64,000 nt of DNA from positions 92,538,037 to 92,602,036 of the forward strand of contig JARFYF010000001.1 of the NCBI GenBank assembly GCA_030265395.1. The letters run 5' to 3'. Position numbers and translations under genes: made by a program. A model generated the notes under the pieces. It had not been told where the DNA came from. It searched no databases and saw only the letters and a program-made list of their open reading frames with translations. Origin of the DNA: Rhina ancylostomus. Lineage: Eukaryota. Within the stretch, counting starts at the first letter, position 1; every line of letters starts with the position of its first letter. Shown piece by piece: positions 39,289-52,932 of the stretch.

Positions 39289-40289
39289 GACCTAATACAT
39301 GGATCACCAATTTGACGCTGATGCCTAGTTGAAAATTCCCCTCCATTCACTTTGAAACACCTTAAAACCAATCCTCACGTTTACTTTAAATTGATGCTGC
39401 ATCATTGTGGTACTTCTGTGTTTCATGACATTCCTTGCGCTGAAATAAAAGTTTATATTCCAAGAGTCTCTTCATGCACCTACTCTTCAAAGATCCTTCT
39501 GCTCTGCAAAATTTCTGCAAGTATTTAAGTTGCAAAATATTTTCAGGATTTTTCATAAAAAGATGTGTTGAACTTTGAGACATTGCTGAGATCAGTGATG
39601 TAGAAAAACACATTGTTCCCCTTCTTTCTGTGCCTGAGGGATTCCTTTGCAGATCATGTTGGCTAATACCAAAGGTTTAAATGTTTGAAATCTAGGACTT
39701 CCATGCATGCGCTGTCAGACATAGAAGCCGTGAATTTACTGATAGATTCAAATCTCTGAATTTTCAGTTCCACATGGGGTTAAAGTGGCAGAGACCAGAC
39801 TTGCTAAGGTCCCCCAGCACTTGTACAGTAGAGTCACCTCTCCAGTCCAGAGCTAGATTAGACCTGCCTCAGGATCTGAGATGCCACTGACTTCTTCAGG
39901 GATTCTAGGACTGGGGATTTAGGAGCCAAAGGGGAAGGGGATTCACATTCTTCAAAATTATTTTGCTTTGTCTAATTTTTTTAATTATTTATTGTAAAAT
40001 TTTAATTGCTTTATTTATTCTAATTTTAATCATTCTTAGATGTCTCAGAAACAAGGAGATTTAAAAGTAATTAAGAATTACTCACAGATGACGTCTGGAA
40101 TAATAAAAAAAAATCGGATAAGTACAGGCATCGGGGACCAGAGGCAGTGATTCTGGGTACATGGGCTGGGGACACAATCTTTGGTCCCTGTTCATAATGC
40201 GCACCCTTCAGAAAGAGGGAGATGAATGCAAAAGGAATATTATAAAGAATTAGTGATAACCAGGTCAGCCTCCTGAAAAGATATTTTTT

Positions 40290-40632
40290 CTTAATTTATT
40301 CACCCATAAAATATAGACATCATAGGCAATGGCAGCATTTGTTGTCCACCCCTAATTGTCCCCAAACTGAGGAGGCAATTAAGGGTCAATCACATATAGG
40401 CCAAACCAGGTAAGGACTACAGATTTCCTTCCCTAAAAGGATGTTAGTGGACCACATGGGTTTTTTCAACAGTGGTTTCAAGGTTAATGCTACTGGGGCT
40501 ACCCATTTTAAAGTATTTAAAATAAACCTGGGATTATAATTTAAATTCCACAGCTGCCCCGATGAGAGTGAAAGTCATACCTCTGGATCAATGGCCACTA
40601 GTCCAGTAAATTAACCACAGCACTAACATACC
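40290..40632 (-). mobile_element. SINE/LINE-tail element, decayed
   Basis: ggcagcatttgttgtccacccctaattgtccc…ggccaaaccagggtaaggac-like…agatttccttccctaaa…ctagtccagtaaattaaccac. Confidence 0.55.
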
Positions 40633-41764
40633 CAATCATCCAGATAGAAACTACACTGTTCCCAATTAGCCTCATTCTCACAACTTAAATGATCTAAACT
40701 GCAAAAGTAAGTTATAGTTTAATATGTAAAGGCAGTGATTATTTTGAATACAACTCATTTACTGTCTTTAAAATTACTTAATTTCTATTTTACATGAACT
40801 CCTACACCTATCTTTGATCAATGAGCAAACAACTTTACAAATTAAAGCAATTTTGGGTTATTATGAATGTTATTATTTGTGTAATTGGCCACATGAAAAT
40901 AAATTCTCAGGTAATTGTTCAATCCATTTTGCAACCATCCATTGAATTTAATTTGCAAATCAATGTCATCTGTTTTTCGGAAGACCATTTATGTCTTGTA
41001 TTTAATGATTTTATATATTTTATTGTATAATTAGAAATTCCTTGCTGCTATTGCCATGAATTATTTACCCTTTCATAAGCACAAACAATATTATAGTTTT
41101 AGGATTCAGCACTCAGGACCTCAAATCTGATGACCTAGATTTCGGTTCACTTTGTGAGCTATTTTGTTTCATTGGAACAACTGCAATGTACATTGTTATT
41201 GAAATGTTAGAAAAATGTAATACAATTAACAGTAGCAGTAAAGCTGAGGGATGATGTCATAATAAATGAAGTTGTATGAGTTTTCACAACATCACCATGG
41301 ATAACTGCAAGAGCCACTATCACAATATTTTTCTGGCTACTTAGATCTCATATTGAGTTACCGGAACATAGGAAAGGCCACATAGTCTCTTAACCCATTC
41401 CAGCATTCAGGACTAATCTGTGACCTGCACAATATATCTGCATTTGCCCTTGACATCTTTAGTTTAAAAAAGTTTGTTGATTTCACATTTAAAAGTAACA
41501 ATTGACACTTTGCTGTCTCAACATCTGATCATTGTCAATATATACTACAGACTTCAAAACATTGCATGTATTGTCAATTTACTGACTTCTTTTGTTCTTC
41601 AGTGTAGACCACACTTGGAATGCTGTTCACTGTTCTGGATGAAGAATATTTGTGAGGTTGCCACACAACAGTTCAGTTATACTTTTCAGGAAAAGTTGTA
41701 AGGGTTGGGGCTAATTAAAAGAAAAAACAAGTTAGTTCTAACCCAGAACTTTAAAATATTGAAG

Positions 41765-41885
41765 ATACAAGAGACCGCAGGTGCTAGAATTGGAGCAAAA
41801 TACAATCTGCTGGAGGAACTCAGCGGATTGAGCATCATCTTGGGGGGGTGGGGGAAGAACTGTCGTGGCCCTGCATCAGGACTGC
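41765..41885 (-). mobile_element. Penelope-like terminal fragment
   Basis: gcaggtgctagaattggagcaa…tgctggaggaactcagcgg…ccctgcatcaggact. Confidence 0.65.
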
Positions 41886-42544
41886 TTATTTCTGTGTTGT
41901 GCTGTTCCTCCATTCACTGACACAATCCATTCCTGGGATTCTGAATCTTCCACATGATAATTTAGCTATATTTTGGTTGAGTTAGTCAGCTTATTCCATT
42001 TTGTTGTTCCTCATTAGCAACTGCTGTCACAAAATATGATTTCAGCCATTAGAGCAATAAAGATGAAATTAATGACTTGAAAATGATCAAAATGATAAAT
42101 TACAGAGTGTGCACATACTCACATAATTACTGTTATGTTGTCAAGCCTAAGGATACTCAGCTTCTGCCTCACTCTGGTGGTTACATTCAATTGCTGCAGT
42201 AATCTGTCAATATTCCTGTATACATCGAGAGCTGTAAACACTACCTATTGGCTTTGAGCCTATTTAGACTTATGTTCTTAGCTTAGAAATACACAGAGAT
42301 CCTGTTTAGTATTGATCATTGTATTGTCCACTAATCATTTTGTAAAAGATCCAAAGGATGTACTTCATGAAAGATGCATCAATCACAGTTTTAATCTCAA
42401 TCCATGTGCTCAGTTGCAACAAAGATGCTAAGATTTGCCCTCGCGTCTCCTTGCTAGTTTATCAGTCAGTGTTCCCAATTGTGATCTTATATATTTGCAC
42501 AAGTCATTTGAAAGCCATGTAAATACTTTGTGGAGCTAGTATTG

Positions 42545-43580
42545 GCCAAAAGGTGGTGGTGAGCCATCTTCTTGAACCACTCCAGTCCTTCTGATAAAGG
42601 TATTCCCAAAGTATTGCTGAGTAGGGAGTTTTAAGAATTGGAACCAGCAACAATGAACCTGTGACAATATAGTTCAAGTCAGGATGGTGTGTGATTTGAA
42701 CCATTGCATAGAGTCTGTTGCTGTTATCCTACTTGAGGTAGGGATCTCGGGTTTGGGAGATAATGGCAGAGAAGCCTAGTTGAGTAACTACAGTGCACTT
42801 TGAAGATGGTACATTTTGCAACTAATGTGTGCTCGTGTTAAGGAAATGAATATTTGGAGTGGTGTATTGGGTAACAATCAAGCAACCTGCTTTATCCTGG
42901 ATAGTGCTGAGGTTCTTATGAGCATACAAACAAAGATATAAGTTGGGGGCAGGAGCAGACCACTAAGCCAGATTCTGCTCTGTCGTTTAATAAGATCATG
43001 GATGACCTCAATGTAACCTCAACCCAGCATTTCCATCTCCCTCAGGTAACCTTTCACCTCGTTTGTCAAGAATTTATTTAAAGGCTCTATCTTCATCAGC
43101 CTTTACTTTTAAACCTACATCTAGATTCTCCAACAAGAGGATGACTTCTCCTGGAGTACTGCACAGTTGTGGTCTCCTTATTTTAGGAGAGTTATACTGC
43201 ATTGGAGACAATTCAGAGAAGTTTCCTGGAATAAAGAGGTTGCCTTGAACAAGTTGGGGCTTATACTTACTGGAGTTCAGAAGACTGAGGAATGATCTTG
43301 TTTTTTTAAAAAAAATCAGATTCTGAAGGAAATTGACAGGATAAATGGCAAAAGCATGTTTCTCTAGAAATAGGGGGACATTATTTCAAGGCATAGTTTA
43401 CAGGTTGCTCTTTTGAGACCGAGACAAAGAGGAATCTTTGAAATTCTGTACCTGAGTAAACTGTGGAGGCTGAATTTATCAAATATCTTCAAGATCAAAG
43501 TAGAAAGATCTTGATTTATAGGAGAGTTGAGGATAAGAGGGAACAGGCACAAAAATCAGATCAGTCATGATTTAATTGCA
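42545..43580. mobile_element. Cluster of LINE fragments (CR1/L2-group family and CR1, both strands)
   Basis: aaggtggtggtgagccatcttcttgaacc (minus family), then tactgcacagttgtggtctccttattttagga…ctggagttcagaagactgagg (CR1 plus). Confidence 0.65.
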
Positions 43581-43584
43581 GTGT

Positions 43585-43892
43585 TCAAATCAGGTGAACT
43601 TGACCTATAGAGGAAATCAAAGTATGACCTTTGTAAAGTCATCAAGGATGCCAAGAGTCAATACCAGTCCAGAATGAATCCCAGATCAACCATCCATTCT
43701 GGCAGGCCTTGCATGGTAAAATGAGCTACAAAATGAAGTCGGGCAGCATCGCTGACAAACGCACCTCCCTCCACAGTGAGCTCAATGTATTCTATGCACG
43801 TTTTGAGCAGAATGGCAATGAAATGACACCACCCACCTGACAGCCTCTAAATGCAATTTACCTTCAGTCACCGTTGCAGATGTCGGATCGGC
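43585..43892 (+). mobile_element. Rex1/Babar LINE internal fragment
   Basis: ttcaaatcaggtga…tatgacctttgtaaagtcatcaaggatgccaagagtcaatac…gagctcaatgtattctatgcacgttttgag (ELNxFYARFE motif). Confidence 0.75.
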
Positions 43893-45235
43893 NNNNNNNN
43901 NNNNNNNNNNNNNNNNNNNNNNNNNNNNNNNNNNNNNNNNNNNNNNNNNNNNNNNNNNNNNNNNNNNNNNNNNNNNNNNNNNNNNNNNNNNNGAGAACCT
44001 GACTGCTGCGGAGGAAATACTATAAAGCTCGCAAGACAACAGTTCACTCAAATCTATTTATGAATGGTTTCTGGCACATGGCGAAATCCATTAAGTTAGC
44101 TACTCCCTAAACGTACTCCCATGGAGGCAGGACAACAAACAGAGCAGAATTTGGTGCTGCAGTCTCAGAAGGGTTTGCATCAAAATCATCCATTAGCAAT
44201 GCCAGAAGGCAGTAGCAAAAATATCTGGGTTTAATCACTTAGCCTGGCTGTGGAATTTAGCTGGCTTTGAATGCCAAGAAAATGGTCATCCAGCATGCTA
44301 AAAGTTCTGGGGCAGTCTGAACCTTGGATCCAATTAAAATGTATGAACTGTGACTTTTCCATGTTTATCAGCAGACTCATCCTTATAAAAGTAAAGACAG
44401 ACAATCTGCTTGATATCTCTTGTGGCACCTTCTTGTAAAGGTGCTTTCAATAGATTTTCCAAAGTCCCTTGGTATTGCTATCTGGTCTTTATAACATTGC
44501 AGCTTCTGCTGCTCACACTTCGGTTATTTTCTTTCCAACATTATGAGGACTGGATGTCAAAGCTACTTCATTGGCTGTGAATCACCTTGGGATAGCTTGA
44601 GATCATGAACAACACTGTACAGATGAAAGTCTTCACATTCATCTGTGACACAGGAGATAAACAAACAGCTTGCACGTATTTGACAATTTCAATGTGGTAA
44701 AACTTCCCAAAGCACTCATCTGGGTTGTAATCTGATGAAGACTGTCTGAAGTAAAGATGACGACATTAAGATAGCCTCATCATAGATACGTTATTATGAC
44801 AGGATAGATAAAGCTAGAGGCCTGCACACTTAAGCAGAAACACTAACTTGGAGCCAATTCCTCATTTGGTCTTGTTCTTACTCTACACCAAATTAACACA
44901 TTAAAATTCAAGACATGATGCAAAAGGAATCTTCCTTGGAAATTCTCCTACAAACAGAAATTTTTGGAACAAATTTAAAAAACAAGTGGGACATTCCGTT
45001 CCATCCTAAGTTTTCATAAACTTCCAAAAATAAATGGGTGTGCAATTTTGACAGGTTTGATTGTTTATTGAACCAGTACTGTTGCACCTGGGCAGTATCC
45101 AAAGGGGAAGCAAACATTTTTTCTGGAAACACTATTTTATTTCTTAAGTAGTGAAATAAAGTTCACAGAATTACCCCATGATCTAAGAGCTTGAGAAAAA
45201 CCCCAACTATTCGAGCAAATCTACCTACATCGATA

Positions 45236-45415
45236 AGAATCAGAATCAGGTTTATTACCACTGTTTTATTTGATGTGAAATTTGTTGTTTTGCAGTGGCA
45301 GTAGAGTGCAAAGACATAAAGTTAACATAAATTACAAAATAAGTAGTGCAGAAAAAAGGAACAATGAGGCAATGTTCATGGACCAGTCAGAAATCGGCTG
45401 ACACGGGGAAGAAGT
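45236..45415 (-). mobile_element. Rex1/Babar LINE 3' tail
   Basis: agaatcagaatcaggtttattacc…gtgaaatttgttgttttgcagtggcagt; (GATTCT)n-type tail in reverse. Confidence 0.6.
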
Positions 45416-45867
45416 AGCCTATGTGCACGTCACTTGGCTTCCCCAGCTCCTTCCTGTCTCAACCCTCTCTTAATGAAGAGTAGTGAGTGAGGAAAATAAT
45501 CTTCAGGAGATTGCAATCACATGTCATTACTTACTATCCATTACTTGGGTCACCTTCAGCACTAAGGAACCTTTTAAATTCACTTTTGAAGAATAACTGC
45601 CATGCATTTTGGAAAGTTTATGGTTAAGGCTGATGATATTCTGTGAAATAAAGTACACAGAATATTTCTTGGCATCTGGTCTAAATCTCTCCGTTGTGTC
45701 TCCGAATTNNNNNNNNNNCTGTACATGTAAAAAAATGCAAGAGACAAACCTGCAATTTCAACCTAATCTGCCTGGAAAGAAATTGGCTCCAAGAGAATAA
45801 AGTCTCGTTCATTTCCTACCAGGCATTACACTAAGGCATGATCACAGAAGTTTGTTCAAAGCAAAAA

Positions 45868-46095
45868 AAGAATACACTGCTGGTGAACTCAATGGGTCAA
45901 GCTGCATCTGTGGAGGAAAACAGATCGATGATGTTTCAGGTTGAGACCCTGCATCAGGCCCGAGTGTGTAGAGGGAAGATAGCCGGCATACAGACGTGAG
46001 AGAAGGGATGAGACAGAGGCTGGTAGGTGATAGGTGGAACTAGAAGAGGCGGGGTGATGGGAAGGGTGGGATGATGGGCAGATGGAACCAGCTGG
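45868..46095 (-). mobile_element. Penelope-like terminal repeat with hammerhead relic (45921-45960)
   Basis: Reverse complement ggc-CTGATGC-agggtctcaacct-GAAA-catc…, followed by cacagatgcagcttgacccattgagttcaccagcagtg. Confidence 0.7.
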
Positions 46096-47409
46096 ATATA
46101 TGAAATCTTCTGGCATGTACTGAAGAGCAGAAGAATTCTATAAATAATTTCAAGACAGTCTCCAACTTTAGCCAGTCACTTACTTTTGAATTGTGACTTT
46201 GCCACAGATAATTTCCACAAAAGTGGCCACATACAGCAACATGAGGGAGAAAAAAATTAATCCTTTTGTTTTAAAAATAAAGTTGGTTCAGGGATTAATG
46301 TAAACCATTACATTAAGTGGAGAACTCACTTCTTCAGTTAGTATCATACACCCACTTGAAAAAGGTCAAGGTATCCTAGTTGAAAGCATTGCCCAAAAAT
46401 TGGCACCTCTAAAATGCTCAGTTAAGTGACATTTAAAATGTCGGATTGAAATGATACAGAGACAAGAATTCTCACACAGATCCAAGGTCGTCACTTCATC
46501 AGTGACGTTGTATCCTGTACAATGCCTGAAACTACCCAGTCACAAATGTACCACACTGCACTGATGCATATTAATAATTCCACCAGAAGTCCATAACTGA
46601 ATTATTTTATCTTTTCTAACATCTGCAGACATCTGCAGGTCATCAAACTTGAACATTTCTTCATTTAAGTCACAGATAAAAGAAAATAAACTTCTATTTC
46701 TAATGCACAACAACAGTCTCAATACAGATTGCTGCTGAACTTGTGTGGAGGTCCCATATGCAGAACAGCTTCAATGAATTACTACCCTATGCTTTAGTGA
46801 ATACACTGATTGTTATCCAGCATTGATTCTTCCCCTAACACCTTACTTAACAGTCAAGGAGGCAAGACATTTTATCAAAGGGTTTTTGTAATTTAACATT
46901 ATATATGTTGGGTGAACATAATCTTTCAACATCTCCTCAAAGTAGTTAAGAATACCTCCATTCTGAAAACTTTTTGTCACCCTGTAATAACAGTTGTGCT
47001 CTTAAATCAATACTTTCTTACATTTTTTGCGCTCTATTTAATCCCTAAAATTAAATTAGAGTCAGGCTGGAACAAAAAAACAGATAGGGATTCTGCACTA
47101 GTTATGATTGCAGAACCACAACATTTATTCTCGCTCTTCTCTGAAAATGACAGCAACTTCAAAATTTTTGCACATGCAGTTTAATACAGAAAATTCTGAT
47201 TTGCCATTGGCCATTTCCAAATACCTTCACAAGGTGCATATCCAACCTCCTCCAGGAAAATCAAGAGAAGTGATAGAAAATGACATGAATTCAAGTCATT
47301 CAGAAACTAGTTCACAATATACCTGAAAATCCTACACTTTGCTAATTCACATTTTAAAGCTCAGCAAATTACCTGGCCCTAAAAAATATTTAGGGGTGTA
47401 TATTGTTAT

Positions 47410-47735
47410 TCCCTGAGTGAATATTTCAAAATAATGAGCCAGAGCTTGCTACCAGCAGCTTGTTGTCACAAGCCACCTAAACTTTTGGTGATCTACGTGG
47501 CAAGTATAAACACGTGTCACAGATTCCCCAATGCCAACTTGGAACCCTAACTGAGACCTTGTCCTCAATAGCAAAGCTGTGTGTTGGGACACACATGGGA
47601 ATCTGGAATGACACTGCCCATGAAACTGCAGGGAAAATTTCCTTGAGAGCTGATTAGGCCACTCTTTCTAGCTTAGGTGGCTGTGAAACCTGCTAGCAAT
47701 GTGGAAGTGCTTCTGAATATCTCTGTCATTCAGAA
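47410..47735. repeat. Decayed nested palindrome (MITE-like)
   Basis: cacaagccacctaa (about 47467) pairs with ttaggtggctgtg (about 47673); gtgtcacagattcccc (about 47514) pairs with gggaatctggaatgacac (about 47597). Confidence 0.6.
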
Positions 47736-48539
47736 ATATGTGACACATTACAAAGCCATTCAAAAATTCAAACAAGCTTTAAAGAACCTGAAATATTTAA
47801 CCATAAGGCAAACATTTAACTGAACTGAATTTCATTAAACAAATGATAAATTGCTGCCTCACATCCAATCCTCTATTAAAAAAAGTGCATCTGCTCTTCC
47901 TGTTCAAGGTTCAACAGGTGATTCCTGCCATAGGTTCAAGCTCCACCACTGGTGGCACTTGTGTGAAGAATCAATAAGCTGGGGCACTTAAGCTAAGAAA
48001 TGCCAGCAGTTCAGAACAAAATTGCCTATCTGACCATAAAATCTGGCCAACCGATTTTAATGTTTATGACCTGTTATTTGCTAGCATAATCATGCACATC
48101 TTCCAATTTTTATTGGGTGCTCTGGACACTTTAAAAGGTGAATTGAATATCTGTCTTTGATTTGTTCCTTCNNNNNNNNNNNNNNNNNNNNNNNNNNNNN
48201 NNNNNNNNNNNNNNNNNNNNNNNNNNNNNNNNNNNNNNNNNNNNNNNNNNNNNNNNNNNNNNNNNNNNNNNTATCACTCTTTGATTTGTTCCTTCAGTGT
48301 GAGTGCACGCTCATCCAGCTTGATGACAACACCATTGGATGCCAGGGATCCTGTTGAACTGTTGTCTGACTGTAGCAGGTAATGGAAGAGAGAAACCTTC
48401 TTTCAGAACAGTGGTAAGTGCTGTGGCTACTCCACAGACTGTGGGTCATGTACAACTATGTTTCAAACTGGTGACAATTCATTTAGTTTTGAGATGATTT
48501 CTCATTCATCTCATTACCTCAACCAAAATTAACAATGTC

Positions 48540-49830
48540 ACATCAAAAACAGAGTTCAAGGTCTTCTTCATCAATACATTTGAGACCAGTCTGCTCAGCT
48601 CCACCCTCCCTTGCCTTAATCCATCAGCTACTTCTGTTTATTCCAGCCTTAGCCCCAAGCTCTCTCACCTTTTGCTAGATTCTCTCTGAACTCCCTTTGT
48701 GCCCTGATCCAAGCTCAGCGAGTCCTTTGGACCAGCTTCTTGCCCTTTTAATCCTATTCCTATTAAACTTCTGACCATTCAAACTTATTTTCCGGGTCCC
48801 ATTTTAGTTGATACCATGAGCAGTTCTTTCTCTACAGGACCTGATCTCATTCAAATCTTCCATGGTCACCACCACTTTCATCTAAATAACAACCAACCCT
48901 TGACACCCTTTTTTTTTTATTTANNNNNNNNNNNNNNNNNNNNNNNNNNNNNNNNNNNNNNNNNNNNNNNNNNNNNNNNNNNNNNNNNNNNNNNNNNNNN
49001 NNNNNNNNNNNNNNNNNNNNNNNTCATCTAAATAACAACCAACCCTTGACACCCATTTTTTTTTAATTTAATGTGGTAACAGGCCCTTTCGGCCCAACAA
49101 GTCCGCACCGCCCATTTTAAGCCCCAAATTAACCTACCCGTATGTCTTTAGAATGTGGGAGGAAACCGGAGCACCCAGAGGAAACCTACGCAGATACGGG
49201 AGAACGTACAAACTCCTTACAGACAGCGACGGGAATCAAACCTCTATCGCTAGCGCTGTAATAGCATTGCGCTAACCGCGAGGCTACTGTACCATCCAAG
49301 TCCTTGCAAATAACCATCTTCAACTTTATCTTTAAGATGCTGTTGTCTCCTAGGACTTTGCCCCTTTTTCTCAGACCCCAGAACTAAATCCTTTCAATCA
49401 AGTCTCTATACCTACCACAGTACTCATACCAAAGTCACAAATTATATCCACTGCGACTGTAAAAAGAAAAAGGCTAATTATTTCTCCTTTCCTTCTCAAA
49501 CCTGTTTGAGAAGTTTGATCACACCAACTTCTTCAACTGCCACTCCATCTCCATCCAGTGGAGTTAGACTGCACCCATTGGATTCCAATATTATAGATCT
49601 GGTTGTAAACAGAGGATGGTTTCTCATCCCTCTCCCACACCATTACCTCTGATCCCCTGCAAGGTCCCACCCTTGGCCCCATACTATATCTCAATTACAT
49701 GCTGACTTTCAGGGATGTAATTTGAAGATACAAAATGGGACAAATTGTCATCTGCCTACAACTCCTAAACATGCTAGCAACTCTTGACTAATCATTTTCT
49801 GACTATGGTCTGATGGACTCAGAGTCCTCG
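48540..49830 (+). mobile_element. Decayed L2 LINE, interrupted by a young SINE
   Basis: caacccttgacaccc…caaataaccatcttcaactttatc…taccacagtactcataccaaagtcacaaatta (ST…KV.ND)…gtcccacccttggccccatactatatctcaattacatgctg (GS.LGP.LF..Y), pyrimidine-rich L2 RT relic. Confidence 0.55.
49070..49293 (-). mobile_element. Young HE1/V-SINE
   Basis: acaggccctttcggccca…gaatgtgggaggaaaccggagcacccagaggaaacc…agaacgtacaaactcc…gcgctaaccgcgaggctac; many CpGs retained. Confidence 0.85.
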
Positions 49831-50539
49831 GATGGACTGCAAATTTTTGGTAATGTTCCAGCATTTACACTAAGAATTGGGCCAACAGAACCTGTGTTAG
49901 GCTGAAGCAGGTAGAGGAACAGCACCTCCATTCATTTGAATGGAGTGCAATAGCTTTTGGGAACAAAGGCCATTGTTGGTAAGTTACGTTTTAATTAATT
50001 GAGTTTAGTTAAAATCTCAATTGTCTTTAAGGGTGCTCAAATATGTTTTAAAAGTTTTTTTTAATATAAAAGAACAATTATTTTACAAAATGTTTTAAAT
50101 GGTCTTATTCTTTGTCAACTTTGAGTATTTTTGAGTGCTTCCTAGCCACCTAGCCAAGTTTTTTTTATGGCTATTTCATTGGTGGAACTTGTTCTGCCAA
50201 TGTTTTCCCCTAACCAGAGTGACAGTGTTTGCATGCCACTTTGCAGGGAATTGGGGTGAAATTGCACAGGATACTGGCACCAAAGGATCCACAAAAAGGC
50301 AGCCTGGACTTTATTCTCGGTCAGCGATGAGTACAGTAGCTAGACACTGCCAGGAACTTCTGGCCAATGTCAGTGTCCACATATATGCTGCCAACCCCCA
50401 ACTCTCTTGAACCCTGTACCATTGAGACTCCTTGTTCAACATCCAGTACCAGGCAAGCAAATATTTCTTTCATTTAAAAGGTGGGCAAGACATAAAGCCA
50501 ATGTCTCTGCCACACGTTTCACTCTGTAAGCAGCAGTTC

Positions 50540-50790
50540 CACCACACATTTTGGCAACTGAGGTTCGAACAGAGCTTACACAACCTTGGTATCATGTGTG
50601 GCCACGGGACGAGCTTCCACCAGCATCCACACCTTCACAACCACCTATTTATACCTCCGCAACATTGCCCAACTCTGACACAGTCTAAGCCCAATTACTG
50701 CTGAAATTTTCATTGACATCTTTGCTATTTCTGTATTTTCCTATTCCAACACATGCCCAGTGCTCTCCAAGCTTATTTCCTTCATAAATG
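50540..50790 (+). mobile_element. L2 LINE fragment
   Basis: cacaaccttggtatcatg…accacctatttatacctccgcaacattgcccaact (NLGV…AYFHLRNIA motif). Confidence 0.6.
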
Positions 50791-52932
50791 TTCAAATCCA
50801 AAGACTTGGGTGTTTACACCTCTTTTGGAACAGCTTGAAGTATGAAGAAATTCAATACATTACATTTCCTCTAACTTTTTCAAATTTATCCTCACAGAAA
50901 ACAAATGAAAATACATTTTCAAGAAGCTTTAAAGATCAAAGACCTAGAAAAATAAGGGCACCATTTTGACCAACAGTGGATATTTGAGGAGGAGATGTAT
51001 GCAAGCCAGATCGTAATGGAACTACCCCAATCATATGCAATTTTGCAAACAAATCATGGAGAAGTGAATACCAGGTACCGACCATATCTTATTTATTTAT
51101 ACGTTAAGAAACATTTGTATTGCTCTCAAATAGTTAAAATTTATGTGCAACTTTAAGTGCAAATGCAGTAGTAAGTATTCTTCAGGATTGAATTTTTCTA
51201 TTTTAATTGATAACTGTAAATAAAGAGAAAATAAGGAATTACTTAGAAAATTCAACTTCTATGCATTTTTCTTTCAGAACGTGGCTTTAAAAATGCAGGT
51301 ATTTTGCCAAGAGTACATCTAATCACATCTGTTTTCTGGATACGTAATAGATTAAACCAAGTCAATGGCATGACTAATTCAAGGGAAAAAAAACAGATGA
51401 GTGACAATGGAGAATAAGCAAACATCATTATNNNNNNNNNNGTTTAATACATTAACCAAAAGTTCAGATTTTGATATCAAAAATATCCAATTCAGTCAAG
51501 CTCGCAAAAAACTTCAATAGAAACCAAAAAAAAATCAATAAAATAAAAATAAAAGCAAGCACAATCCACTTTATAGAATAATTTGAATGATGTTGCCAAA
51601 AAATGTGCATTTTTTATTTTATTTACAGTGTTCTGAATTACCATCATGTTTGACACGAGTGTTAAGCAGAAATGAAAAGCCAAAACAAATGGGAGAATGA
51701 TTACTCTGCATGCACTAATTGAGAATGTCTGTTGTTGCACCATCTGGCTACAAGAATTGCACAGTAGGTGTTCCATGCATAACTATACTCAAATTGTGGA
51801 TGAGAATGTCTCCCTTGAACAAATGCCTGCTGCAGAACATGAATTATTCTTGAAAATTTCATTAAGTGATGCAGACTCCATGAAAAACTAGAATCCGAAG
51901 CAAGACATTCTTTTCATCATTCTTTACAGGATGAAATTAAATGGTTTGTGTGTGTTCAACAGATAATGTCGTAAGTAACAAATCAATACTCAAGTAACTT
52001 TCAAGATGCAGACATCTGCTATATTTCTGACCTCCCTCTCAACAAGCCCATGACGCGCATGTGTGTATGTGCTTGTGTATGTGCAGTCCTTTTTCAAATG
52101 ATGTTCATTCATACTGATCTGCCAGCTCTGATCAAGCCACTTAGCATTTCTGACAACCCTACTTTGGTTTCCCATTACCAGCAACTACAATATTGTTTCA
52201 CAACAGTTAAAATCTCAGTTTTCTAGAGACTAAGGAATGTCTTTTATTCATGGGATTATAAATTATAATATCCATTCCTGAACTGCAAATGAAATATTTT
52301 AATCTTTGGTGTAGGTTTAAAAAAATTAGTTTAATGCCTTAACTACAAGTGTTATCAAATAAGGCCATTTAGTTACATTCTTATGATTGCTTGAAAGGTT
52401 AATTACCTCAGACCAATGTGTTAAGGGAAATAAAATGAAAAGATACGTGGCTTTGGGAAAAAAAAACTGACAGTGAAAACATTTAGGCTTTTAAGAATGT
52501 AGCTAGATAAGTAGTTAATTTTTATACAACTCAATCTATAAAGCCAGCACAACAAGGGTGACTAAAACAAACTGAGCAAAGTAGATAACTTAATTGGCAA
52601 CTGAAGCTTCTCAACGCGAGCCTCTATCCTTATGATCTCCTTCAAAAGGAAGGATGTATCACAAGGAAGCAAACAAAACCAAAACTGAGTCAGCACCTAA
52701 TTCTTCTACAGGTATTTGTTTTCTCATGCAGATTATACAGTTACCCATAACATTTTGGCCAAATACAAGAGTGTTTATTATGCATGTTCTGTTTTACACA
52801 CATGTAATTATCTATCCATACGTCTTGTGCACAGTCAATTTCAAATGCACTCACTGGTATTTTAAATGCAACAACACACACTGCCACATGAACAATTATT
52901 CTCATTTACCTTAATTCATTCATTTATTTTAC

